Position numbers and translations under genes: made by a program
Notes under the pieces: model-generated
The model's input: the letters and a program-made list of their open reading frames with translations, nothing else
Databases searched by the model: none
Told to the model about the DNA's origin: nothing
Shown here: piece after piece, positions 22,509-33,842 of the stretch
How the letters are laid out: the number at the start of each line of letters is the position of its first letter
How positions within the stretch are numbered: the stretch's first letter is position 1
NCBI GenBank assembly: GCA_963718615.1
Contig: OY970368.1
Location: 3,616,001-3,680,000, forward strand
Origin: an uncultured cyanobacterium
GTDB lineage: Bacteria > Cyanobacteriota > Cyanobacteriia > PCC-9006 > JAAUQQ01
Direction of reading: 5' to 3'
Length of the DNA stretch: 64,000 nucleotides

Positions 22509-23177
22509 TTAGGAAATCTCCACGTCGGGGCGAACCGCATTTGGCTGCGCTGGCCCGTGAGCGCAGTTGTCCTGGCAGGGCAGCGATCGCAAGATCTCCC
22601 GTAAGACAGCCGCTGCTGTAATTTTCTGAATTTGTTCCTGAACGGCTCCCTGGGAATGAATCCAAATCCCTGAGACGGTTTGGGGCGATCGCCACAACTC
22701 TAAATGTTCAACCCCCGGCTCCGCATAGAAAAACCCTGCACTTCTCTGGGGCCATTCCGAAGTGTAGGCCGTGAAGCGATCGTGACTCAGGCGAAAAATC
22801 GGGAAATCCCCAGCCAGGGGCACCCCCCAACCATCTAGGGCAATGAAGGCAGTGACGGGATGGCCTTGGCGTCTCCAGGTGCGGGCAGCAGCGATCGCCC
22901 CAACCACTCCGGCGCTGAAGCTCAGCCAGATGAGGGGAACAGGGTGATGGGGTGATGGCGTTGGGGGCCAGTGAGATTCGAGGAAATCGAGGACCGCTTG
23001 GGGAGAGTAGGGTGGCGTGGGGTACGGCAAAACCCACCAGAGGAGATTGGGGTCTAGAGTGGGTTGCAGGGCCTCCAAAAAAGCCGCAGTCAGCACCGGA
23101 GAATGCATACCTGGACAAACAAGAATGATTGCCGTTCGTCCGTTCATACCGTTCGTCCGTTCCTTTAGGACAGCCAA
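22509..23177 (-). CDS. Conserved hypothetical protein, alpha/beta-hydrolase-like
   Basis: ICPG-like start, FSAGVVGA, ALDGWGVPL, RLSHDRFT and VEHLELWRSP. Start uncertain. Confidence 0.7.
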   Translation of the reverse strand: MAVLKERTNGMNGRTAIILVCPGMHSPVLTAAFLEALQPTLDPNLLWWVLPYPTPPYSPQAVLDFLESHWPPTPSPHHPVPLIWLSFSAGVVGAIAAARTWRRQGHPVTAFIALDGWGVPLAGDFPIFRLSHDRFTAYTSEWPQRSAGFFYAEPGVEHLELWRSPQTVSGIWIHSQGAVQEQIQKITAAAVLREILRSLPCQDNCAHGPAQPNAVRPDVEIS

Positions 23178-23920
23178 GACGCTTGCATCATCCGTAGCAC
23201 TTCGCCGGGGTCAACCCAGTTGCCTTGATTTTTCAGACCCCAATGAAGGTGGGGACCCGTGGTCCGTCCGGTCATGCCGACTCGGCCAATTCTCACCCCT
23301 GTCAGTAAGGTTTGGCCTTCGCGAATTTGGATCCCGCCCTTGCGATCGACCATATACCGCTGTCCGTCAATCACCTCAACACGACCATTCATGTGGCAAT
23401 AGATATGTTCCCAGGTGCCCGATTGAACCGCGATGGACGTTCCGCAGCGGCTATCGTCAGAAACTTCGACCACTTGCCCTTGCCACCAGTTGCGGATGTA
23501 GCTGCCCTCGGGAGCCGCCATGTCGAGGCCGTAGTGAAACTCCGTGGAGGGTCCGCCCGTCGCCGCACGACGGTAGCCAAAGGGCGAGGTGTAGGTCTGA
23601 AAATTCTCCACTGGGAATGAGGCCATGCGCAGGGCGCTGCGGGTACTGACCGCCTGAGCACTGGCGGGGGGCAGGCCAAACTGAAGTTCGAGCTGGGGCC
23701 AGTTGGGGAGCTCGGTCGAACCGGATGAAGCGGAATCCCACGCGGGTTGAAACGAAATCTGAGTAAAGAAAAACAGACCCAGGGTTGTCACCAGTCCCAA
23801 ACCCAGGCTTAGCAGTTGCTTTGATAGCCGCTTCAGAGGACGCTTCACCAAGCGTTTCAAAGGGCGACGGTTCACGGCAGTTTTCCTTGCAATGTGTAAC
23901 GGCCAAACTGGCTGTATCAT
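23165..23920 (-). CDS. M23-family metallopeptidase
   Basis: SPFGYR, FHYGLD (HxxxD) and TGRTTGPHLHW. The start is chosen downstream of the ORF-track start to avoid overlap with the next gene. Confidence 0.85.
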   Translation of the reverse strand: MIQPVWPLHIARKTAVNRRPLKRLVKRPLKRLSKQLLSLGLGLVTTLGLFFFTQISFQPAWDSASSGSTELPNWPQLELQFGLPPASAQAVSTRSALRMASFPVENFQTYTSPFGYRRAATGGPSTEFHYGLDMAAPEGSYIRNWWQGQVVEVSDDSRCGTSIAVQSGTWEHIYCHMNGRVEVIDGQRYMVDRKGGIQIREGQTLLTGVRIGRVGMTGRTTGPHLHWGLKNQGNWVDPGEVLRMMQASWLS

Positions 23921-24077
23921 ACGCCCTAACTCCTCCGATCGCCCACCGCGTTCGCTGAATTCGCTCAATTGCAATTTTGTAGGTTCTCGACTCATGTCAG
24001 GCAGACTTTCTCCAGGGACATCCAATCGTCGGTTCTCCGGTTTGGGCAAGGGGTTACGAGGGCTTCTGTTTGGCCCC

Positions 24078-25058
24078 ATGACGGCGTTCCTGGTGAAACG
24101 CTTCCTACAAGCGCTCTTAACCTTGCTGATTGCATCCTTCCTCAGTTTCATCATTATTCAGCTTGCACCCGGAGATTACTTGGATGTTGTCCGGGAAAAC
24201 CCGCAGATTAGCCCTGAGTACGTGAAAGAATTAGAACAAAAGTTTGGCCTAGACCGCTCCTGGATCGAGCAGTATTTTCTCTGGTTGTGGCGCATTGTTC
24301 GTTACGGAGATTTTGGCGATAGCTTTACGTTTAAGCGATCGGTCACCTCGTTGTTGCTGGAGCGGGTGCCGGCAACGTTGCTGATGGCGATCGCTTCCCT
24401 AGTCGTTACTTGGGCGATCGCTGTTCCCCTAGGCATTTATGGCGCGGTCCATCAAAATAAGTGGGGCGATCGCATCCTCCGTATCCTCAGCTACTTGGGT
24501 CAGGGGTTTCCGAGCTTTATCACGGCACTGTTTCTGCTGATTTTGGCCCAGGCCCTGACGCCCCTGTTGCCGGTGGGAGACATGACGAGTATTGATTTTG
24601 CCGATCGCTCCTGGCTGGGCAAGGCCCTAGACCTGGGCTGGCATTTGATTTTGCCGACAACGGCCTTGAGTATTGCCAGTTTTGCCGGATTACAGCGGAT
24701 CACGCGGGGACAAATGCTGGAGGTGATGCGCCAGGACTATATCCGCACGGCGCGGGCCAAGGGCTTGCCGGAAAATCGGGTGGTCTATCGCCATGCCCTC
24801 CGGAATGCCATTAACCCACTGATTACGCTCCTGGGGTTTGAGTTTGCCAGTTTGCTCAGCGGTGCATTTATTGCGGAGTATTTTTTCAACTGGCCCGGTT
24901 TGGGACGACTGACACTCCAGGCGGTGTTTGCTCAGGATTTGTACCTGGTGATGGCTTCGCTGATGATGGGGGCAGTGATGCTGATTGTGGGGAATTTGCT
25001 GGCGGATATTTTGTTGGCGATCGCCGATCCCCGCATTGACCTTGGCCAAGATTCCTAG
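24078..25058 (+). CDS. Peptide/nickel ABC transporter permease (DppB/OppB-type)
   Basis: LAPGD, GDFGDS and the EAA loop DYIRTARAKGL..YRHALRNA. Confidence 0.92.
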   Translation: MTAFLVKRFLQALLTLLIASFLSFIIIQLAPGDYLDVVRENPQISPEYVKELEQKFGLDRSWIEQYFLWLWRIVRYGDFGDSFTFKRSVTSLLLERVPATLLMAIASLVVTWAIAVPLGIYGAVHQNKWGDRILRILSYLGQGFPSFITALFLLILAQALTPLLPVGDMTSIDFADRSWLGKALDLGWHLILPTTALSIASFAGLQRITRGQMLEVMRQDYIRTARAKGLPENRVVYRHALRNAINPLITLLGFEFASLLSGAFIAEYFFNWPGLGRLTLQAVFAQDLYLVMASLMMGAVMLIVGNLLADILLAIADPRIDLGQDS

Positions 25059-25063
25059 ATCCT

Positions 25064-25903
25064 TTAAGCCTCAGCTACAAGCCGATCCAAATCCGCCTGC
25101 ATGGCTTGACGGACCCGTTCGACACAGGCTTCCACGTAGGGGCGATCGCGAGCCGCCTCCCGGCCATACCGTTCAAACTCGATGGGAGCACAGACCTTGG
25201 TCTTCATCGGTACCGGCAAGGGAAAATTCGGCACAGGTCCAATGCCAAGGCCCCAGGGCAAGCCGAGATAAATCGGAAACACCTCTGGATCAATGCCCAG
25301 CAACCAGGGAATTCCCCATTCGTGCAAGCGCTTGGCAATGGGATAGAGATCCTCAAGAATAATCAGCGTGTCGTGGGCTCCGGTCGAAATCACCGGCACA
25401 ATCGGGACCTGCTGCCGCAACGCAACTTTGACAAAGCCCTGACTGCCTGCAAACACAATTTTGTGTCGTAGCCGGTGGGGGCGAAACACATCGCGACTGC
25501 CGCCGGGATAAACCAAGACACTGGCCCCGCTGTGGAGGGCGGCGATCGCCATTTTCGGATGGGCGGCGATCGCCCCAAATTTCTCGCCAAATTCCCCTAA
25601 GGCGGGCGCAGCCTGCCAAACCTTTTGGTGCATCAGTCCATAGATCGGACGATCTAGTCCAAAGCGACGAAACCAATCCACCATCACCATAATCGTGTCT
25701 GGAGAGGCCAGACCTCCGTTGTGGGAGCCCACGAAGAGGACGTTCTGGTCCTGGGGGATATTTTCCCAGCCTTGGGTTTGCACCCGAAAATAATGCTCGT
25801 AAAACCATTCCCAAAGGGGCAGGAGTTGGCGGATCGTCTGAGGATCGCGGCGATCGAGGGACCAGCCAGATTTAGGGAGAAGAATGGGAGAAGAAGCAAA
25901 CAT
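25064..25903 (-). CDS. Lysophospholipid acyltransferase (PlsC/DGAT2-like)
   Basis: SHNGGLASPD, VYPGG, GFVKVAL and PIVPV motifs. Confidence 0.88.
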   Translation of the reverse strand: MFASSPILLPKSGWSLDRRDPQTIRQLLPLWEWFYEHYFRVQTQGWENIPQDQNVLFVGSHNGGLASPDTIMVMVDWFRRFGLDRPIYGLMHQKVWQAAPALGEFGEKFGAIAAHPKMAIAALHSGASVLVYPGGSRDVFRPHRLRHKIVFAGSQGFVKVALRQQVPIVPVISTGAHDTLIILEDLYPIAKRLHEWGIPWLLGIDPEVFPIYLGLPWGLGIGPVPNFPLPVPMKTKVCAPIEFERYGREAARDRPYVEACVERVRQAMQADLDRLVAEA

Positions 25904-26385
25904 TCAGGCATTATGCCTGGAATTTAAAAAGATTTCCGCTACCTAACGGATTGTAGAGATTGCCTAGAGGTAGTATTATTAGATAGCTATCCAAAGATGA
26001 TTGAATAGATCCCTGGCTTCGTTCATGTCCTAGGTTCGACTTTCAATCGATCAAATCTTAGTTTTGAATTCCCAGAGCTTAGCCTCTAGCGTTAAACTAA
26101 AGCCTCAGCTCAAAATTCTGTGACTTGTTCCTGGCTTGTGCGCTCGTTTGTGTCCCTCTTCGGTGCATAGTGTTCCTCCTCATTTGGTGCATAGGTTCGG
26201 CGAAATAGTTCGGCGAAATAGTTTAGCGAGCATCCCAATGGCAGCAAAAGCCTCGCGCCTTTCTTCTGCCTCCATTGGGGTCCTCTAATTTAAAAATAAT
26301 TTAAAGAATGAGTGGACCCTGAGCAGCTAGTCACAGAGCTGTTCACTCGGTTGCCATACGTAAATTTTGGGAGAGTTTCTCGATT

Positions 26386-28089
26386 ATGCTAATCGACGCA
26401 TTTGATGTGTCTACACGTTCTATTGTCAAAACCGATATTTGTATCATTGGTGCTGGCCCAACTGGGTTAGCACTCGCACAGGAATTTATTAATTCTCCGC
26501 TGAAGATTTGTGTTTTAGAAAGTGGCGATTTTGAGGCCGATCCTCAGACGCGATCGCTCGATCAAGGGAAAACCAGCGGAGATCCCTATTTAAAACTAGA
26601 TGTCGTGCGTAGCCGACAAATTGGTGGAACGGCCAATCAGTGGTGTGTTGAACTGCCACCTGAGCCCATTATTGGGGTTCGCTATGGTCAATTGGATGCG
26701 GTGGATTTTGAGCCACGGGATTGGCTACCCTATAGCGGTTGGTGTGTCACGTTGGAAGAATTAACTCCCTTTTTTAGGCGGGCACAACAAGTCTGTCGAC
26801 TAGGACCCTTTGACTATGGCCCAGAAATTTGGGAAGACGACGAAAATCGGCAGTTACCGCTGGTGGGCGATCGCCTCAAAACCACTATGTTTCAGTTTGG
26901 GCCACGCTCGGTTTTTATCAAAGAATTACCTCAGCAAGTGTCGAGCGCTTCTAATATTGATTTTTATTTTCATGCCAATGCGATCGCCCTCGAAACCGAT
27001 GCCGACGGCCAAACGGTTCAAACGGTCCAAGTTGCCTGTTTAAACGGCAATCGTTTTAAAGTAAAAGCTAAGCGATTTATCCTAGCCATGGGAGGCATTG
27101 AAAACGCCCGAATCCTTTTACTTTCCAATCAGGTACAGGCCCATGGATTGGGCAACCAATGGGACCAAGTGGGTCGATACTACATGGACCACCCGCTGGT
27201 TTTTACCGGCGTATTTGTGCCTGCCGATCGAAATTTGTTTAATAAGACGGCTTTATATGACAAGCGACGGGTTAAGGATACGGTCGTCATGGCAAAGCTG
27301 GCCCTAACCGATGAGGTGATTCGGGCAGAACAGGTGATGAATATGAGTTTTGTTTTATTCCCGCGCTATGAGTCTTATCCCCAAAATGGATTGCAGGCAT
27401 TTCTGTTTCCCCCCTACAGCATTTATCCGCAAGGGTTAGAGGCACTTCGTGAGCTCCGATCCGGTCAGGCGGGCAGTGTCCTGAAACGCGTCAAGCTTGT
27501 CCTGACAGATTTACCCAAGATTGGAAAATACCTCTTCCAAAAGCTAGCCCGAAAACTTCGTCCGCCCGTACCGGCTGAATTTGCCGTTGGGGGATGGTCT
27601 GATTGGTCCGATAAAGCCCGCAAGCTGCGTTCCTTTCACGTCTACAGTCAAACCGAGCAAGCCCCCCATCCCGAAAACCGGATTCTGCTGGATCGGTCCT
27701 TAGATGCCTTGGGTTGTCCCCAAGTGCGCTTGCAGTGGCAGTGGCGTGACCTGGATATTCAGCATGTTCAGCGGGCTCAGCTCATTCTCCAAGAGGAACT
27801 GGCCTGTGCAGGGCTAGGTCAACTGCATATTCAGAAAAGTCCAGGGGGGAAACCGGTGATTTTTGCGCCTTCGTCCCATCACCTCATGGGCGCAACGCGC
27901 ATGCACAGCGATCCCCGGCAAGGGGTTGTCGATGCCAACTGCCAAGTTCACGGTACGACCAATCTCTTTATTGCCGGTAGCTCCGTCTTCCCGACGGGCG
28001 GCTATGCCAATCCGACACTGACGATGGTAGCGCTGGGGCTGCGTCTGGCTGATCACCTTAAAGAGGAATTTACAGCGGAACTTGCCTAG
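26386..28089 (+). CDS. GMC-family FAD oxidoreductase
   Basis: GAGPTG, GRYYMDH, HHLMGATRM and GYANPTLT. Confidence 0.9.
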   Translation: MLIDAFDVSTRSIVKTDICIIGAGPTGLALAQEFINSPLKICVLESGDFEADPQTRSLDQGKTSGDPYLKLDVVRSRQIGGTANQWCVELPPEPIIGVRYGQLDAVDFEPRDWLPYSGWCVTLEELTPFFRRAQQVCRLGPFDYGPEIWEDDENRQLPLVGDRLKTTMFQFGPRSVFIKELPQQVSSASNIDFYFHANAIALETDADGQTVQTVQVACLNGNRFKVKAKRFILAMGGIENARILLLSNQVQAHGLGNQWDQVGRYYMDHPLVFTGVFVPADRNLFNKTALYDKRRVKDTVVMAKLALTDEVIRAEQVMNMSFVLFPRYESYPQNGLQAFLFPPYSIYPQGLEALRELRSGQAGSVLKRVKLVLTDLPKIGKYLFQKLARKLRPPVPAEFAVGGWSDWSDKARKLRSFHVYSQTEQAPHPENRILLDRSLDALGCPQVRLQWQWRDLDIQHVQRAQLILQEELACAGLGQLHIQKSPGGKPVIFAPSSHHLMGATRMHSDPRQGVVDANCQVHGTTNLFIAGSSVFPTGGYANPTLTMVALGLRLADHLKEEFTAELA

Positions 28090-28173
28090 AAATTCTTGTC
28101 CAGAGATGGCGGGTGAGGTTTTAGAATTCTAGAGCGATCGCGACAGGGAGAACACCTGCGAAGAACACCTGCC

Positions 28174-28734
28174 ATGGATACTGAATTCTCAAGACCATTG
28201 TGGGCTGGGTTGGGGGGATTGGCCTTGACCCTCAGCCTTGGGCTGCCCACGCCTGTGGCCCAAGCCCAGGAGCCCAGCCTACTTCAGCAGGCCCAGACCG
28301 CCCAGCGGCAAGAGCGCTATGGGGAAGCGGCGGAACTTTGGCGGCAGTTGGCGCTGCAATGGCCAGACTCAGCGGAAATTTCCTACCGGCTGGGTTTGGC
28401 CCTCCATCAGCAGTTCGACATCGAAGCCGCAGCCCATGCCTACCTAACGGCAACCGTGCTCAACCCTGAGCATCGCGAGTCTTATATTAATCTTTCGTTG
28501 GCTCGGATTCAGCTCGGACAGCTCGATGAGGCCATGGCGGCGCTGGATGAGGTATTGAAACTGAGCGATCGCCCCTCCACCCCCGCCAGTATCCACACCA
28601 TGGCCCACTACAACCGCGCCATTGTCCTCGGACGGCAGGGCCAAGTCGAAGCCGCCCGTGGCGAGGTTGACGCAGCCCTAGCCATCACACCGGATTTTGC
28701 CGAGGCCCGCGAACTGCTACAAATTATCCGCTGA
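28174..28734 (+). CDS. Exported TPR protein
   Basis: Signal peptide ending in AQA, followed by TPR repeats. Confidence 0.85.
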   Translation: MDTEFSRPLWAGLGGLALTLSLGLPTPVAQAQEPSLLQQAQTAQRQERYGEAAELWRQLALQWPDSAEISYRLGLALHQQFDIEAAAHAYLTATVLNPEHRESYINLSLARIQLGQLDEAMAALDEVLKLSDRPSTPASIHTMAHYNRAIVLGRQGQVEAARGEVDAALAITPDFAEARELLQIIR

Positions 28735-28795
28735 TCCAATCGCCCTTGATTGAACGGTCAGTGATTGAACAGCCACTGGTTGAATCTTTACTGAA

Positions 28796-28867
28796 AGCCG
28801 GTGATGCGATTTGAACGCACGACCGCTCGATTACGAATCGAGTGCTCTACCACTGAGCTACACCGGC
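28796..28867 (-). tRNA. trnT: tRNA-Thr(CGT)
   Basis: GCCGGTGTAGCTCAGTGGTAGAGCACTCGATTCGTAATCGAGCGGTCGTGCGTTCAAATCGCATCACCGGCT folds as a cloverleaf with anticodon CGT. Confidence 0.95.
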
Positions 28868-29040
28868 AGAAATTGGAAAGGCGCGATTGGCCTTGCATAG
28901 TATAGCAAAAGCCAATGGAGATTGGTGAGCTCCTGGGGAAAATCGGAGAACATCTGGGTTCGGGCAAATAGACCCGCAGAGCCTCTAAAATCACAGCAGT
29001 CCGACTCTTACGCTTTCCTAAGAACGTTATCCCTGAACCC

Positions 29041-29340
29041 ATGCCAAACCCTAGTGGCTCGAACAATAGCTCCCCAACCCCACCGCGTCGTCCCCAGAAT
29101 ATTAGCCCCGAAAAATATGCTCGCCTGCAAGCAGAACTCAAGGCTCCCTATCGCGGTTTGCGCCGCTTCATCTACGTCGCCTTTGCCGCGTCGGGGGGGC
29201 TAGGAGCCTTTATTTTTCTGCTCAAGCTGATCGCGGGTCAAAATTTGGGAGAAACTATCCCGAACCTATTTCTCCAAATCGGACTCGTCGCGGCCATGGT
29301 TGGATTGCTGAAATGGGACCGATCCAAGAGTCAGGACTAG
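29041..29340 (+). CDS. DUF3493-family membrane protein
   Basis: RLQAELKAPYRGLRRFIY followed by two TM helices. Confidence 0.8.
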   Translation: MPNPSGSNNSSPTPPRRPQNISPEKYARLQAELKAPYRGLRRFIYVAFAASGGLGAFIFLLKLIAGQNLGETIPNLFLQIGLVAAMVGLLKWDRSKSQD

Positions 29341-29382
29341 ACAGCGCTCGATTTGTGACGCGATCGCCTAAGCCGTTACCAT

Positions 29383-29976
29383 TCACTCTGCCGTGGTGAG
29401 CCAACGGGGCAAGATCTGTCGGACAGGAACTCCCAACAGAGTCATCGAAGCCGCCACGTCTTCCACAGACATTGGAGGGGTTTGAGCCAACTTGGCCTCC
29501 GAAATCCGTAACACCAGCGCTACGCTGGCGGGAACCTGGGTGAAGAGGTTAATGGCCATAAAGGCGATCGCCGCCAGCCCCAGCCCCCCCCCGTGACCTA
29601 ACCCTCGAAACGGGGTGATATCGGCAGCGATCGGTGCAATGCGGTATAGCTGCCAGAGGAAGAAGAATAGGAGGATTGAGAGGGCGATCGCCACCCCTTT
29701 GTTCACCGGAGTCCGAAACCACACCAGTAACCGTCGCTGATCTTCGGTTAACTGTTCTGGCTCCAGAGCTACCAAGAGCAGCGCAAAAATGCAAAATGGC
29801 GCAGAAAGCTGCATCCACAAGATCGGTGCAATTCCCACCGCACCCACTAACAAAATTTCGAGAAACGCAGGCAAAACCGGATCGCCCACCGCAAGCCCCA
29901 AGAGGCAAAGCACTGCCAATAGGGGCACTGCGGCTAGGCCCGCCAAGTGAATCCAAAGAAAGGGCTCGCCACGCAT
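29383..29976 (-). CDS. Conserved cyanobacterial membrane protein (low-complexity-tail family)
   Basis: EPFLWIHLAG, PILWMQ and NLFTQVPAS motifs. Confidence 0.8.
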   Translation of the reverse strand: MRGEPFLWIHLAGLAAVPLLAVLCLLGLAVGDPVLPAFLEILLVGAVGIAPILWMQLSAPFCIFALLLVALEPEQLTEDQRRLLVWFRTPVNKGVAIALSILLFFFLWQLYRIAPIAADITPFRGLGHGGGLGLAAIAFMAINLFTQVPASVALVLRISEAKLAQTPPMSVEDVAASMTLLGVPVRQILPRWLTTAE

Positions 29977-30015
29977 ATGTTCTCGACTCTCCTACGCTAG
30001 CCAACTATTTTTACT

Positions 30016-30055
30016 AAAGAATAACAGCGGGGTGAAGTATTACCTCACCCCGCTG
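30016..30055 (-). terminator. Intrinsic terminator of infB
   Basis: 11-bp stem CAGCGGGGTGA / TCACCCCGCTG with a T-rich tail on the minus strand. Confidence 0.75.
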
Positions 30056-30088
30056 ATTAGACATTGGCTCTTCTAGACATTGGTTCTT

Positions 30089-33000
30089 CTAGACATTGAG
30101 CGTCCGGCGCTTACTCACCATCTTGTAGGTTTCAATGATGTCTCCTTCCTTCCAGTCGTTGAAGTTGTCAAGACCAATACCGCATTCATAGCCCGCATTG
30201 ACCTCTTTAACATCCTCACGCACGCGGCGGAGAGACCCCAAAGTCCCCGTATAGACGATCTGACTGCCTCGGTGAACCCGGATATTGCAGTTACGGATAG
30301 CTTTACCCGACTGCACATAACACCCGGCAACGGCACTGCGTCCCACCGGGAAGACCGCCCGAACTTCTATTTGGCCCAAAGGCTCCTCGACCATTTCTGG
30401 TTCTAGCAGACCTTCCATAGCTCCTTGAACATCTTCGAGGAGCTTGTAGATAATGTCGTATTCCCGCACATCCACACCGGCCTCATCGGCAGCCCGTTTG
30501 GCACCGCTGGCAAGGGTTGTGTTGAAGCCCAAGATAACGGCATCACTCGCTGCGGCCAAGTCAACATCCGTTTCTGTGATCTCACCGGGAGAAGCCAGCA
30601 GAACACGAAGCTGAATCTCATCCTGAGGCAGTTGCCCCAAGGACTTAAGAATAGCCTCCAGAGAACCTTGAACATCGGACTTGATCAGCAGATTGAGCTC
30701 CTTCAGATCGCCTTCCTGCGCCCGCGCCGAAAGGGAGTTAAGAGTGACCCGACGGGAGGCCATGGCCTGCTGAAGTCGAGAGTTGCGCTCCTGGGTTGCC
30801 CGTTCACCGGCCAGGGACCGCGCTTCTTTTTCGTCGGTATAGACCGCAAACTCATCCCCAGCAGCGGGAACATCGCTGAGACCGAGAACCTCAACCGCGA
30901 AGGACGGACCAGCACTATTAACGCGGTTACCCCGATCATCAATCATGGCCCGAACCCGACCGAGGACAGCCCCGGCGACCAGGACATCTCCGACCTTGAG
31001 CGTACCGTTTTGGATGAGGAACGTAGCCACTGGGCCTCGTGCCTTATCCAAGTTGGCTTCAATCACCGTTCCCTTCGCCGTCCGATCGGGGTTCGCTGAG
31101 AGCTCTTCGACATCCGCAACCAGCAGAATCATTTCAAGCAGCTGATCAAGATTTTCACCCTGGAGAGCACTAACAGGAACGGTGATGGTGTCGCCGCCCC
31201 ATTCCTCCGCAACTAGACCATGTTCGGTGAGTTCTTGCTTGACGCGATCGGGCTGTGCACCTTCCTTGTCAATTTTGTTGATGGCAACAATCAAAGGAAC
31301 TTTCGCTGCCTTGGCGTGGCTAATCGCCTCAATGGTTTGAGGACGAACCCCGTCATCAGCGGCGACCACCAGAACCGCAATGTCAGTCACCTTGGTTCCC
31401 CGAGCCCGCATGGCGGTGAAGGCTTCGTGGCCCGGTGTATCTAAGAAGACAATTTGGCTGGGCTCACCGTTGTGTTCAATATCAACGTGGTAAGCCCCAA
31501 TGTGTTGGGTAATACCACCGGCTTCGCCTTGGGCAACTTTGGTTTTGCGGATCGAGTCGAGCAGGGTGGTTTTGCCGTGGTCGACGTGGCCCATGATCGT
31601 AACCACAGGGGGACGACGCTGCAATTTTTCCATGTCCGAAGCATCCAAGACTTCAGTCGTCTTGCGAGCATCGGCCTTACGCTCTTCAACGTCAACCAAT
31701 ACTCCTAGCTCTTCGCAGACCAGCTCAATGGTCGGCACATCCAGAGTTTGCGTAATCGTAGCCGCAATCCCCTTAAAGAAGAGGATGCGGATGATATCCG
31801 TTTCTGGCGTAGCCAAAACATCCGACATCTCCTGAACCGTCATCCCACCACTAATGGTGATCATTTCTGGTCGCTGGGGCTTTTCATCCCGCGCCCGCTG
31901 ACGTTCTCGACGGCGGTCAGCGCTAGTGACTCGGCGCTTGCCTTTGGTTGCAGCGGTGGGCTTGACCGTCGGAGCACCGGTTGGAGCTCCCTTGGGTTTG
32001 GGAGGTCGAGCCAAAGAAATGCTCATGGCGGCTGAGAGTTCGTCATCCGCTCCCATCAGATCGTCGAGCAGATCATCATCATCGTCTCCAATGATGTGAA
32101 CTCGCCGTTTCGGCTTGGTCGCCGCTTTTTTGGGCGATTCACCATCATCAAACTCTTCGCGTCCTCCAACCTTGCCCCGGCGACTCGGCTTCGCAGGTGG
32201 TGCAGGACGACGAGGCCGCTCCAGATCCGGCAGAACCGGTGGGATGGCTGCAACTTCGATATCTTCGTTCTCTTCGGACTCGTTGCCGCTGACCTTGCCT
32301 TTCTCAGGCCGAGAAGGAGGCCGAACTAACTTAGGCCGCTGAAGTTCAACGATTTGAGGAGGGGCTGAGCGCTGATTGCGATCGCCTCCCATATCCTTGG
32401 CCTTGACCGGTCGCGAAGGAGCAGATGGACGACTGGGACGTGGCTTATCTGATGAGGCCCCTGGTCCTCCGCCTTGAGTACCTCCTTGAGGCCCAGGCGC
32501 ACCCGTACCCGGTGAGGTTGGCCCTCCGTCTGGACGGACCGCTGCAGGCCGCTGGACAATCTTTCTGGGTTCGCGAGACTCCGTTCTAGCAGCCTCACCC
32601 TGGCCTGAATTCGGTCTGATGATTTCGGGTTTGACGACTTCAGGTTTAATGATTTCAGGCTTTTTGGCCTCCGGTCGGCCCCCCTCTCCCGCAGGAACTG
32701 CTCGTGGTTCACTGGCCTTAGAAGAAGACCCCATGGGCCGCGAGGGTGGAACCAGCGAAGGGGGTTTGGGTCGAGCAGGGGCAGGAGCGCTACTCGCAGA
32801 CCGTTGGGGGCGGCGTGAAGTTGAGGAACCCCTGTTGCTGGAGCTTCCATCATTGCCATCATTTGAAGCATGGGCCGCGATCGCAGTTCCCGATTCAACC
32901 CGGCCATTACCGCCTTCGGGGCGAGTCCCCTCCGGTCGGGTCGCTTCAGGACGCTTGGTGTCTGGACGCACTGCTTCAGGTCGCATGGGGGAAGACGCCT

Positions 33001-33484
33001 CGGCTTCGGGCCGGAGCGCCACAGAGCGATCAGGAGATGGGGAAGACTGCGGCTCTTCCGGTAGGTTGTCGGTCTGCGAGGAGGTCGCGGGGGGCACCGG
33101 CGCTTTGAGTTCAGCGGGGCGTTCGGACGCGCTGGATCCATCCGTTCTCAGCTCTTGGGAGACTGACTCTGAGGACTCGGCTGGGGTTGCATGGCGGCGA
33201 ATTTCAAGAATCTGCTGCTTTTTCACGGCAGGTTTAGGCTTAGGCTTCCGGTCTGAGGACAAGGCGGGCGTCGAGGAGGGCTTGGCAGAACTACGAGGGG
33301 TTGAGGAACGGGCGCTAGCTAGCTTGGGCGCTTGGGCACGAATCTTATCGGCCTCGTCATCACTAATCGTACTGCTATGGCTTTTAACCGCAATGCCCAG
33401 TTGTTCGCAGGCGGTTAGTATGTCTCTATTCTCCAGATTCAGTTCCTTTGATAACTCGTATATCCTGACTTTGCCGTTGTTCAT
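30089..33484 (-). CDS. infB: Translation initiation factor IF-2
   Basis: [16 protein letters not shown] and NKID; long Pro/Ser-rich N-domain. Confidence 0.98.
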   Translation of the reverse strand: MNNGKVRIYELSKELNLENRDILTACEQLGIAVKSHSSTISDDEADKIRAQAPKLASARSSTPRSSAKPSSTPALSSDRKPKPKPAVKKQQILEIRRHATPAESSESVSQELRTDGSSASERPAELKAPVPPATSSQTDNLPEEPQSSPSPDRSVALRPEAEASSPMRPEAVRPDTKRPEATRPEGTRPEGGNGRVESGTAIAAHASNDGNDGSSSNRGSSTSRRPQRSASSAPAPARPKPPSLVPPSRPMGSSSKASEPRAVPAGEGGRPEAKKPEIIKPEVVKPEIIRPNSGQGEAARTESREPRKIVQRPAAVRPDGGPTSPGTGAPGPQGGTQGGGPGASSDKPRPSRPSAPSRPVKAKDMGGDRNQRSAPPQIVELQRPKLVRPPSRPEKGKVSGNESEENEDIEVAAIPPVLPDLERPRRPAPPAKPSRRGKVGGREEFDDGESPKKAATKPKRRVHIIGDDDDDLLDDLMGADDELSAAMSISLARPPKPKGAPTGAPTVKPTAATKGKRRVTSADRRRERQRARDEKPQRPEMITISGGMTVQEMSDVLATPETDIIRILFFKGIAATITQTLDVPTIELVCEELGVLVDVEERKADARKTTEVLDASDMEKLQRRPPVVTIMGHVDHGKTTLLDSIRKTKVAQGEAGGITQHIGAYHVDIEHNGEPSQIVFLDTPGHEAFTAMRARGTKVTDIAVLVVAADDGVRPQTIEAISHAKAAKVPLIVAINKIDKEGAQPDRVKQELTEHGLVAEEWGGDTITVPVSALQGENLDQLLEMILLVADVEELSANPDRTAKGTVIEANLDKARGPVATFLIQNGTLKVGDVLVAGAVLGRVRAMIDDRGNRVNSAGPSFAVEVLGLSDVPAAGDEFAVYTDEKEARSLAGERATQERNSRLQQAMASRRVTLNSLSARAQEGDLKELNLLIKSDVQGSLEAILKSLGQLPQDEIQLRVLLASPGEITETDVDLAAASDAVILGFNTTLASGAKRAADEAGVDVREYDIIYKLLEDVQGAMEGLLEPEMVEEPLGQIEVRAVFPVGRSAVAGCYVQSGKAIRNCNIRVHRGSQIVYTGTLGSLRRVREDVKEVNAGYECGIGLDNFNDWKEGDIIETYKMVSKRRTLNV

Positions 33485-33842
33485 CCACGATTTCCTCTGT
33501 GATCCGGTGTGTTTTTGTTAACGTCCCATAACGGTCTACCGCCTTCGATTAACAACAATAGACTGGAACCAAACGGGGCAATTGGTAGCGCAGGTAACTG
33601 TGCTGGCCCGCTAATAACGATAGGGGGTTAACCCAAAACAGGCAAGCATTCTACAGCAGAGGGCTTCTAGATTTCTCCGAGAGCCCTATGCTGAAGAGAA
33701 TTAAAGTCTGTCATGGGCGGCAAGAATTGCCCTCTCCTAGTTTATCGTGTTCGCTCAGGAACGTCGGCCTGAATTGCGATCGCCTTTACAACTTTTCCCC
33801 GACCTTGCCTCCCATCTTGGCTAAATGGCTGACTGCGTGGCT

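Noticed and set aside
23921-24154. Long antisense overlap between the M23 peptidase and ABC permease ORFs
   Set aside because: Artefact of longest-ORF calling. Family similarity begins at downstream starts (23920 and 24078), which removes the overlap.
28796-28867. tRNA-Thr as an integration site for an island
   Set aside because: No integrase and no duplicated tRNA 3' end were seen in the window.
32326-33521. Long alternative-frame ORFs (271 and 300 aa) within infB, and similar shadow ORFs elsewhere
   Set aside because: They overlap well-supported genes, are low-complexity and have no recognisable motifs.
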